Shown here: positions 8,104-15,263 of the stretch, piece after piece
Layout of the letters: each line of letters begins with the position of its first letter
Numbering within the stretch: position 1 is the stretch's first letter
NCBI GenBank assembly: GCA_046533775.1
Contig: JAWDOO010000001.1
Location: 95,582-127,581, forward strand
Reading direction: 5' to 3'
DNA length: 32,000 bases
Origin: Candidatus Nanopusillus sp.
Lineage (GTDB): Archaea; Nanobdellota; Nanobdellia; Nanobdellales; Nanobdellaceae
Made by a program: the position numbers and the translations under genes
The notes under the pieces: model-generated
Databases searched by the model: none
Told to the model about the DNA's origin: nothing
The model's input: the letters and a program-made list of their open reading frames with translations, nothing else

Positions 8104-10380
8104 TTAATATAAAATAAATATTATTACTCCAACTATTCCTCCAATTAATAATCCAATATTTAAATAATTATATTGAATTTTTTTATTGAATTGTATAACG
8201 ATATTTAAAGGCTGATTTACAATATAATTGTATCCATTTTCATAATAAATTGTATTATAAAAGAATCCTGGATAAATATATTTTGAAGGTAAAATATTTA
8301 TTATAGTTCCACTATTTAAAAAGATAGAAACATTTCCATAATTATTTATAGAATTATTTATAGAAACATTTACTAAGAATGGTGTATTAATATTTACTAG
8401 ATATTGATATATACAATAATTAGACAAATTAATACTTATTGGAGAAGTTATATTTATTGTTATATTATTTTGATTGCAATATAATCTTTCCTGATTATTT
8501 ATATAATTAATTGAATTTATTAATATTATAATATTGTTATTTGCATTTATATAAAAACTATTATTTCCAGAATATGTATTATTATTTATTGTATAATTAA
8601 ATGGGAAAGATATATTTAATTGATATTGTAAATAGCAATAATTTGATAGATTAATAATTTCTGAACTATTTATATTTAATGTTATATTATTTGGACAATA
8701 ATATTGATAATTTCCAAAATTATATGCTTGATTTAAGTAAATATTCAATAAATTATTTGCATAAAGGTAATATATATTATTATAGTATGTTTCATTTAAA
8801 TAATTTCCAGAAATTGTAAAATTTATTCCAATGCTATCATTTATAGCAACTAAATAATATTCTGTATAGTTTGCAGAAATATTATAATTGTTATTTACTA
8901 ACAAACCTATATTTATATATTGTTGGGAATAATTAATATTATAACTTTCTCCATTTATTGTTAAATTATTTAGTAAATATAATGTATTGTTTTGGTAAAT
9001 ATATATTGGGATATTTATATTAAAAACTGTTCCAAATGGATATTGATAATTTATATATGAATTATTGTAAGAATAATAAATTGATATATTATAATTTAAA
9101 GTATTTGTACTTCCCAAATATTCTGGATAAAAAGGACCTTCAGATAAATTTACAAATCCTTGTGATATTATATTTTCATTAATATTTGATGAATATTCTG
9201 CTGTATTAAAACCATAATTAAATATTGAAGGATCTGGAGTAAGATATTGATTATTATATAAATAATATAAACCCAAATAACCATTAATATTATTTATATC
9301 TATACAAGTTCCATATCCAGGTCCTCCAATAACTAATTCTAAATCTTCCATATTATTGGAACCAGTAAGAGATGGAGAAATAACTATATTTCCATTTGAT
9401 GGAATTAATAGTGTAACATTATCATACCAATATATATTTTGTCCATCTAAACTATATCCAAATTGTATTTCTGGATAAGAATTATTTTGAGTAACATTAA
9501 TTATTAAATATACATTTAATGGATATTGCAAATTAGAATAATTTGTTTCATATACATAAAAATATTTATTATAATAATTACTTACTATTCCATTTCCTTC
9601 AATTAAATTATTTGATAAATAAGAATTTGAAGAAGTAAAATTCCATATATTATCAGCAAATTCATAATATCCGCCAGTATTATTTATTAATAAAACATTT
9701 TGTAACCAATAATATTGACCATTACTTAATTCTAAGATTGCATTTAATTGTATAGAGCCAGAATTTTCACCTATAAAATTATTAGAACATAAAGGATCAA
9801 CATATGAACTAAAACTATTTAAATAAATATCCCCAACAACTTCATCTGTTGTAATATTATATCCATAAATATTTCCATTACTAATATATATACCGTAATC
9901 AGAAATTCCTATTGGAAAATAAATATTATTTATTACTTGATTTGTTAAAATGTATGTAAAATAATAATATGCATTCTGTGTATTATTATTATAAATTACT
10001 ATATAATAATTTCCGGAAGATAAAAATATACTTTGATTTATATAATTTGTATATGTATTATAAATTGAAGTAAAATTACTACCATTTTGAAAATTTTGAT
10101 AATTTTGTTGATTCATTATATAAAAATTTAAAGGAATTGATGAATTGAAATATATATTTAAATATTGATTTGATGAATTTATTGGATAAGAAAAATAATA
10201 TCCCGAATATAAAATATAAAAATCACCGTAAGATCCTTGTCCCAAATTATATAGATTTAATTGATTTATATTTATAGAATTTACTGGAATATTAAACAAT
10301 GTTGATGAATAATTTTGTGAGTATGTATTAAAAAAATTAAATATTAGAATTAATAATGTAAATAGTTTTAATTTATTCAT
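8104..10380 (-). CDS. Thermopsin-like (peptidase A5 family) surface protein with signal peptide, C-terminal Cys-containing tandem repeats and a C-terminal TM anchor
   Basis: Signal peptide MNKLKLFTLLILIFNFFNTYSQ. The central region PIGISDYGIY...ITTDEVVG...SIQLNAILELSNGQYYWLQNV...FADNIWNFTS...LELVIGGPGYG...GLYYLYNNQYLTPDPSIFNYGFNTAE aligns by eye with Sulfolobus thermopsin (PAGIASFGLY, ATLQFNIVL, YAYWLQDV, FIDNVWNLTG, AELVWGGGGNG, GLYYISNG, YTFGADTAE). There are many N-x-S/T sequons, and the C-terminus is NIGLLIGGIVGVIIFILY. Confidence 0.7.
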   Translation of the reverse strand: MNKLKLFTLLILIFNFFNTYSQNYSSTLFNIPVNSININQLNLYNLGQGSYGDFYILYSGYYFSYPINSSNQYLNIYFNSSIPLNFYIMNQQNYQNFQNGSNFTSIYNTYTNYINQSIFLSSGNYYIVIYNNNTQNAYYYFTYILTNQVINNIYFPIGISDYGIYISNGNIYGYNITTDEVVGDIYLNSFSSYVDPLCSNNFIGENSGSIQLNAILELSNGQYYWLQNVLLINNTGGYYEFADNIWNFTSSNSYLSNNLIEGNGIVSNYYNKYFYVYETNYSNLQYPLNVYLIINVTQNNSYPEIQFGYSLDGQNIYWYDNVTLLIPSNGNIVISPSLTGSNNMEDLELVIGGPGYGTCIDINNINGYLGLYYLYNNQYLTPDPSIFNYGFNTAEYSSNINENIISQGFVNLSEGPFYPEYLGSTNTLNYNISIYYSYNNSYINYQYPFGTVFNINIPIYIYQNNTLYLLNNLTINGESYNINYSQQYINIGLLVNNNYNISANYTEYYLVAINDSIGINFTISGNYLNETYYNNIYYLYANNLLNIYLNQAYNFGNYQYYCPNNITLNINSSEIINLSNYCYLQYQLNISFPFNYTINNNTYSGNNSFYINANNNIIILINSINYINNQERLYCNQNNITINITSPISINLSNYCIYQYLVNINTPFLVNVSINNSINNYGNVSIFLNSGTIINILPSKYIYPGFFYNTIYYENGYNYIVNQPLNIVIQFNKKIQYNYLNIGLLIGGIVGVIIFILY

Positions 10381-10425
10381 AAGAGTTTATTATTTTTCAT
10401 TTTTTATAAGATTTTATTTAAATAT

Positions 10426-11049
10426 TTGATTATGAGAACATTTATTTTTTATTCAAATACAATAAGAACTGATGGAAATTTTAAAAACATATATTATTCA
10501 GGAAGATTGGATATAGCAATTAATTCAATTATACATGCTTTTTTTGTATCAAATGGATTAAGAAAGAATATTAGATTTGATTTATATTTAAATGGAAAAC
10601 CTGTTCCTCCAAGATTGATAAGAATAGAATCAGATATAAATACCCCATGGTCAAAAAAGGATATATCTACATTATTATCAATATCATTGAAAAAATATAA
10701 TAAAAAGAATATTAAAAATCCATTCCCAGGTATATATGTTGATAAAATTGATTTTTTCGATTTATTGGATGAATATAAAAATAATGAAAAAAATATATAT
10801 TTATTAGATAAAGATGGAGAATTTATTGAAAATATAAAAATTGAAAATCCGGTATTTATTATTGGAGATTTTTTAGGAATACCAAAAGATGTAAAGAAAA
10901 AAATAGATAGTGATGTAATAAAGATTTCTTTGGGAGATATTAATTATTTTTCATCACAGGTTATTGTAATATTAAATTATTATTTAGATAAAATGAATTT
11001 TGAAAAGGATATATATGATACTTCATATAAATTTATTTATAGGGAATGA
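10426..11049 (+). CDS. trmY: tRNA (pseudouridine54-N1)-methyltransferase TrmY (SPOUT, DUF358)
   Basis: MRTFIFYSNTIRTDGNFKNIYYSGRLDIAINSIIHAFFVSNGLRKNIRFDLYLNG resembles the M. jannaschii TrmY N-terminus (REFIF...GRLDLLCRCV..AFFLSH.IR.DV.F). The track start is a TTG at 10426; the ATG at 10432 (MRTF) is more likely. Confidence 0.7.
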   Translation: MIMRTFIFYSNTIRTDGNFKNIYYSGRLDIAINSIIHAFFVSNGLRKNIRFDLYLNGKPVPPRLIRIESDINTPWSKKDISTLLSISLKKYNKKNIKNPFPGIYVDKIDFFDLLDEYKNNEKNIYLLDKDGEFIENIKIENPVFIIGDFLGIPKDVKKKIDSDVIKISLGDINYFSSQVIVILNYYLDKMNFEKDIYDTSYKFIYRE

Positions 11050-11531
11050 TACTTGGTTTAGATCTATCTGCAAAGGAAAATAATAAAACCGGATATTTTT
11101 ACTTTAATAAAAGACCAATATTTGGGGTATTAAATAAAAATGAAGAAATATTAAATTTAATAGAAAATGAAAAATTTAAATATATATTTATTGATGCTCC
11201 TTTAAGTTATAAATATCCATATAGGGAAGAAGAAAGATTATTATATAAATATGGATTTAAACCATTACCATTATCTTTAAAATCAATGAAATTATTATAT
11301 GAAAGGGCTAATTTATTAAAAAATAAAATAATAGAAATTAATAAGGATATAGAAGTATATGAAACATTTCCAAGAGCTATAGAAAAAATATTAAAATTAA
11401 AATATCAATATTTTTCAAAAGTATTTAAATATAAAGATATTTATGATGCATATTTATCATATTTAGCAGGTTTATTTTTTAAATTAAATAGATATGAAAA
11501 ATTTGGAAATTTAATACTACCAAAGATATAA
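11046..11531 (+). CDS. DUF429-like predicted RNase H-fold nuclease
   Basis: Three motifs match the DUF429 pattern: MILGLDLS (GxDxx), FIDAPLS (IDAPL) and VYETFPRA (EvyP.a), plus a late DAYLSYLAG (DAxxxAL). It has a 4-nt overlap with trmY. Confidence 0.5.
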   Translation: MILGLDLSAKENNKTGYFYFNKRPIFGVLNKNEEILNLIENEKFKYIFIDAPLSYKYPYREEERLLYKYGFKPLPLSLKSMKLLYERANLLKNKIIEINKDIEVYETFPRAIEKILKLKYQYFSKVFKYKDIYDAYLSYLAGLFFKLNRYEKFGNLILPKI

Positions 11532-11539
11532 TATATATA

Positions 11540-11614
11540 GGACCCGTAGTTCAGCATGGATAGAATTCTCGGTTGCGGTCCGAGAGGTCCGGGGTTCGAA
11601 TCCCCGCGGGTCCA
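11540..11614 (+). tRNA. tRNA-Arg (anticodon GCG)
   Basis: Manual cloverleaf: acceptor GGACCCG/CGGGTCC, D arm GTTC-AGCATGGATA-GAAT, anticodon arm CTCGG-TTGCGGT-CCGAG, T arm CGGGG-TTCGAAT-CCCCG, discriminator A. It is 75 nt with no CCA and no intron. Confidence 0.9.
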
Positions 11615-11678
11615 TATATAAATTTTATGTTACTAGAAGATAGTAACTAATAAAAATCTTTTTACCATATAAAATATA
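11615..11678 (+). promoter_or_regulatory. Putative promoter/operator: TATA-like box (tatatataaatttt) followed by a perfect 7-bp inverted repeat GTTACTA-gaaga-TAGTAAC (11629-11647)
   Basis: It lies directly between the tRNA-Arg 3' end and the ATG at 11679. A closely similar ~64-nt block, with the same spacing to its ATG, occurs at 12717-12780. Confidence 0.45.
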
Positions 11679-12491
11679 ATGACATATATAACAAATATAT
11701 TTCTTCCAAATAGGGAAAGAAAAAGTAAAGAGTTAAATTCTAATCTTGATAGTATACTTAATAATTATAATTCTGGAAATCCTAGAAATTATGAAAATAA
11801 AAATACTAGTTATCCCCAAACACCATATTATCATTCTATAATTGTTTTGGGAGGAGGCCCAGAACATACAGCATATAGACTTGAAAAGGCAATAGAATTA
11901 TACAAACAAGGAATTGCAGATTACTTAATTGTAACAGTCGGTGAAAGTGATGTCTCTATTGCTAAAAAAATAATAAAGAATACTGGTATAGATAAATATA
12001 TAGTTGATGATAGATCAACAACCACATTACATAATGCTCTCTATGCTAAAGAAATACTTCACAATTTACATGCACCAAAAGGTACATTAGTAGCAATATT
12101 AACTGAAGAACCTCATTGTGATAGAGCTATAGATACATTTAATTTAATCTTTAGAGGAAAATATAGAATAGATACAATTTGTATTAAGCCCCTTCCAGAT
12201 CCATATATGTGGGATAAAGAAGAAAAAATAAAACGCATAAGAAAGTATATTCATCCTTTATATCCCCTATTAATTAACTCTTTAACATATTCAGAAAAAT
12301 ATTTAAGTTATTTACCAAGAATGAATGAAGAAAAAGCAGAGAAAATGGTAGATAAATTCATAAAATCTACATCAGATACCATCAGCTATTTATTTAATAC
12401 ATCATTAAAATATGCTAATAAAGTAAGAGAATATATTAATAAGATAATTGGAAGTTATAGGTCATATGTAAATGCATCTCCAAGTAGCTAA
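11679..12491 (+). CDS. DUF218 (YdcF/SanA-like) domain protein with N- and C-terminal extensions
   Basis: The core IIVLGGGPEHTAYRLEKAIELYKQGIADYLIVTVGES matches the DUF218 pattern (vLGgG...R...A..Ly..G.a..li.sGg). The N-terminal ~50 aa are low complexity. Confidence 0.55.
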   Translation: MTYITNIFLPNRERKSKELNSNLDSILNNYNSGNPRNYENKNTSYPQTPYYHSIIVLGGGPEHTAYRLEKAIELYKQGIADYLIVTVGESDVSIAKKIIKNTGIDKYIVDDRSTTTLHNALYAKEILHNLHAPKGTLVAILTEEPHCDRAIDTFNLIFRGKYRIDTICIKPLPDPYMWDKEEKIKRIRKYIHPLYPLLINSLTYSEKYLSYLPRMNEEKAEKMVDKFIKSTSDTISYLFNTSLKYANKVREYINKIIGSYRSYVNASPSS

Positions 12492-12716
12492 TAAATATGG
12501 TTAAAAAGGAAAATGGATATTAAATATATACAACTTTTCTTAAAAAACCAATTATAACTTTTATATTCTTCAAAAATATTTAAAAAGCCAAAAAATAAGA
12601 AATCAGAAATTAAATATTATATATAAATAACTATAATTTTTACATTATATTTCTTAAATAATACAAAAGATTATTTCTGAAAAACCTTTAAGTAAGTATT
12701 ACCTTAAAAAGAATCT

Positions 12717-12780
12717 TTGTATATAAATTTTTGTTACTAAAGGATAACAATAAAAGTATTTTTCCAATATTATAATAAAG
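12717..12780 (+). promoter_or_regulatory. Second copy of the TATA-plus-inverted-repeat upstream module (tatataaattttTGTTActaaaggaTAACAa)
   Basis: It aligns by eye with 11615-11678: tatataaatttt, gttacta, taac, aataaaa, ttttt-cc, then ATG at the same distance. The inverted repeat here is TTGTTA-N8-TAACAA (12731-12750). Confidence 0.4.
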
Positions 12781-13401
12781 ATGTCTGAAATACCTAATAT
12801 ACCTCTCAATACAAGAGTCTATGCAATAAGAAGAAAAAACAATCTAGATGAAATACTAGCATATCAAATAGATCAAGAAAAAAGATTTATATCTTATACT
12901 TTTCAAACAAAAAGAGAGATACCAAAAGTATTGGAAATTTATAGAAAAATTAGAGATGAATATTATCCTGCAGCATTTATAGTACCTTCGCCATCACCTG
13001 AAATGAATAGACAACCTATTCCTTTTGATGGTAACTTTGCTTTAGTTGTAGGATATACAAAAGAAATACCACCTTATGTACCACTAAATAATTTAATCCG
13101 TACATATTACATAGAAATTATAAAAGAAAAAAATAAATTATTGGAGATGCATATAAATGGCGTTAGTGGAATTGACATTTTACAGAATCGTGAAGAGCTA
13201 AGAGAATATATTTTATATTTAGAGAAGGTTACTAATCAAGAAGATTTGATTAATCTTATTATATACAATGAAAAATATCCTACAACTATTGGAGAAAATA
13301 AAATGATGAAAAATGGTTGGTTCATCGTTATTGATGATGATACTTCTAAAAATTATATATTTACTCCTACCAATGTTAAAATATTTGAAATATTCATATA
13401 G
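12781..13401 (+). CDS. Hypothetical protein (206 aa), no recognisable family
   Basis: ORF from the track. Its composition is less N/I/Y-biased than its neighbours, and no TM segment or signal is seen. It is preceded by the duplicated regulatory module. Confidence 0.6.
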   Translation: MSEIPNIPLNTRVYAIRRKNNLDEILAYQIDQEKRFISYTFQTKREIPKVLEIYRKIRDEYYPAAFIVPSPSPEMNRQPIPFDGNFALVVGYTKEIPPYVPLNNLIRTYYIEIIKEKNKLLEMHINGVSGIDILQNREELREYILYLEKVTNQEDLINLIIYNEKYPTTIGENKMMKNGWFIVIDDDTSKNYIFTPTNVKIFEIFI

Positions 13402-13493
13402 TATGAGAGTAAAGTTTAGAATATTACCTTAACTACACTATAAGGTCTTATCTTATTACTTTGCATTTTTATTATTAGATAATATCAAAAAAT

Positions 13494-14621
13494 TTAACTA
13501 ATATAAATTGAAGGCATTATATCATTGGGTGGCAATGATCTTAATAAAACCCAATATAAGTATATATTATTACCTGATAGCTGCTGTGCTATTGTTATAG
13601 GCAAACTAAATGTACCAGGTATTGTTGTAGTACTTAATATTTGAGTATAATTCACTAAAAAATAAGTATAATTACTAGAAAATCCAATTTCATATATTGT
13701 TGGAACATAATTATATGTTATACTTCCTACATTAGAAGTTCCTACATATAAATAAAATTGACCTGAATTTCCTGAATTAGTATATGAAAATGCAGCACCA
13801 TCATTATTTCCTCGAACAGCAACTAAAAGTCCACCATAATAGCAATAATAATCATTTCCGTCTGGTGGAGTTGTTCCACCTGCTCCTAAAACTATATAGT
13901 CCCAACCAGTACGATTAGTAATTGGAACAGAAGCATAGATTTCTAATATATCATTTTGCATAGTAAGGTTTACTGTAGTAGTAAGACCATCATTATAAAG
14001 TGAAGTAGGAGATGGAATAATTGTATAATTTGTAGAAAAAGAAACATTATACTGATCATAACAATCATATGCCCAATTTGGGGGTAATGAACTCAAACCT
14101 CCAAAGTTTTGATAATAATTAAATACATCTTGTCCATTATCGTATTGAGAAGTACCTAAAACTTGTATAGGTGCACCAACATATGGATAAAATTGTGAAT
14201 AAAAATCAGCACTACTATTTCCTATATACATATATATTGTTACATTTGAATTAGCAGGTATCTCATTTGGTAAATTTACCCACCATACATCACATGTTAC
14301 CCCATTATAATTTAATGGACCTTCATACCACGAATAATAAAATAATTGATTATTATTTGGATTAAAGAACATTACATTTGATCCATTTGGATTTATTTTA
14401 TTAAATAATGTTACATTATTAATATAAGCAAAGTTATTACCAATATTTATACTTCCATTACATATTGCAATATCTTGTTGAAATGGTGATGGAGTAGGAA
14501 TATTTTGATTATTATATATTATTATTGGATAACTACTAATATTAAAATTATATATTATATTAAATTTATTATTATTTAATATATTATAATTATAACTTAT
14601 TCCATTAAATACAAAATTCAT
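13494..14621 (-). CDS. Secreted N/Y/T-rich protein, probable LamG/concanavalin-like (DUF2341-like) domain; downstream segment of a frameshift-interrupted gene
   Basis: The C-terminal NNIYLYWVLLRSLPPNDIMPS resembles the terminal strand motif of archaeal DUF2341/LamG-like surface proteins (..DWvrvR.yppn..mPs). The reading frame stays open upstream of the first Met, at least to ~15023, and encodes YFGSLKLSTNNLVNQQ... Confidence 0.6.
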   Translation of the reverse strand: MNFVFNGISYNYNILNNNKFNIIYNFNISSYPIIIYNNQNIPTPSPFQQDIAICNGSINIGNNFAYINNVTLFNKINPNGSNVMFFNPNNNQLFYYSWYEGPLNYNGVTCDVWWVNLPNEIPANSNVTIYMYIGNSSADFYSQFYPYVGAPIQVLGTSQYDNGQDVFNYYQNFGGLSSLPPNWAYDCYDQYNVSFSTNYTIIPSPTSLYNDGLTTTVNLTMQNDILEIYASVPITNRTGWDYIVLGAGGTTPPDGNDYYCYYGGLLVAVRGNNDGAAFSYTNSGNSGQFYLYVGTSNVGSITYNYVPTIYEIGFSSNYTYFLVNYTQILSTTTIPGTFSLPITIAQQLSGNNIYLYWVLLRSLPPNDIMPSIYIS

Positions 14622-14914
14622 ACTTTTTATATAATTTGTATAATTATAATAACAAAAAGGATTTATTATATAACATAATTCATTACTTCCAGAAGGTATT
14701 ATATTTCCATTATTACATACAATATTACTTCCATTTATAGATATAGTATTTCCATAATTATCTGTAAATATTATTTGAGAATTATTTATATTTATTGGTA
14801 TATTTCCATTGTTATAGATATTAAAATATAATATATTATTTGAACAATATACACTATTTATTGTAAATGATATAATATTAGATTGTTGATTAACTAAATT
14901 ATTTGTTGATAATT

Positions 14915-15019
14915 TTAATGAACCAAAATACCTGTAGTAAATGAATATAATATTAAAGAAATTGCAACTGTAATAACAATAATTAATATAGATGCTATTA
15001 TTGGAGAAATAGATTTCAT
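14915..15019 (-). CDS. 34-codon ORF encoding a DUF361-type archaeal class III (type IV pilin-like) signal peptide; detached 5' segment of the 13494-14621 gene
   Basis: Manual translation from ATG at 15019 gives MKSISPIIASILIIVITVAISLILYSFTTGILVH-stop. MKxISPIIAxxLxIxITVA is the canonical archaeal pilin-like N-terminus. It is one frame off from the long downstream ORF, with the junction at an A4/T4 run (14925-14928). Confidence 0.6.
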   Translation of the reverse strand: MKSISPIIASILIIVITVAISLILYSFTTGILVH

Positions 15020-15170
15020 ATATATTCTATATTCCTTAATATATAAATATTTTATGGATAATTAATAATTTAGATGAAATAAGTAAATAATCCCTTTATA
15101 TTATTAAAATAATTTAAACAATTAATTTAATTTGCCAATATTTAGAATTATAAAAAATAAAATTTTAAGT

Positions 15171-15254
15171 GCGGCGGAGGGGATTTGAACCCCTGACGGA
15201 TCTTATCCAATCGGACCTAAACCGACCCCCTTTGACCTCTCGGGCACCGCCGCT
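15171..15254 (-). tRNA. tRNA-Leu (anticodon UAG), class II with long variable arm
   Basis: The reverse complement is GCGGCGG-TG-CCCGAGAGGTCAAAGGG-G-GTCGG-TTTAGGT-CCGAT-TGGATAAGATCCGTC-AGGGG-TTCAAAT-CCCCT-CCGCCGC-A, 84 nt. The acceptor, anticodon and T stems pair fully. No CCA is encoded. Confidence 0.85.
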
Positions 15255-15263
15255 TAATAAAAA

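Noticed and set aside
13402-13493. The hairpin ACCTTA-N9-TAAGGT between the convergent genes 12781-13401 and 13494-14621, considered as a terminator.
   Set aside because: It is only a 6-bp AT-rich stem with a large loop. Archaeal termination usually relies on T-runs, which are ubiquitous here, so this is not distinctive enough to call.
11615-15170. The tRNA-Arg to tRNA-Leu interval as an integrated mobile element or horizontally acquired island. This rested on locally higher G+C (hand counts of 22-26 G+C per 60 nt in three coding lines, versus 13/60 in a glycogen-gene line).
   Set aside because: I see no integrase, no direct repeat of the tRNA-Arg 3' end, and no viral or plasmid hallmark genes. 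A line within the conserved fbp gene also counts 23/60, so the G+C difference tracks amino-acid composition and conservation rather than foreign origin. It cannot be excluded without whole-genome context.
15020-15170. Possible C/D-box sRNA or other ncRNA in the 150-nt spacer upstream of the pilin-signal ORF. The 7307-7421 spacer was considered on the same grounds.
   Set aside because: There is no RUGAUGA/CUGA box pair with terminal stem, and the GC content is too low for stable structure. These regions look like ordinary AT-rich promoter sequence.
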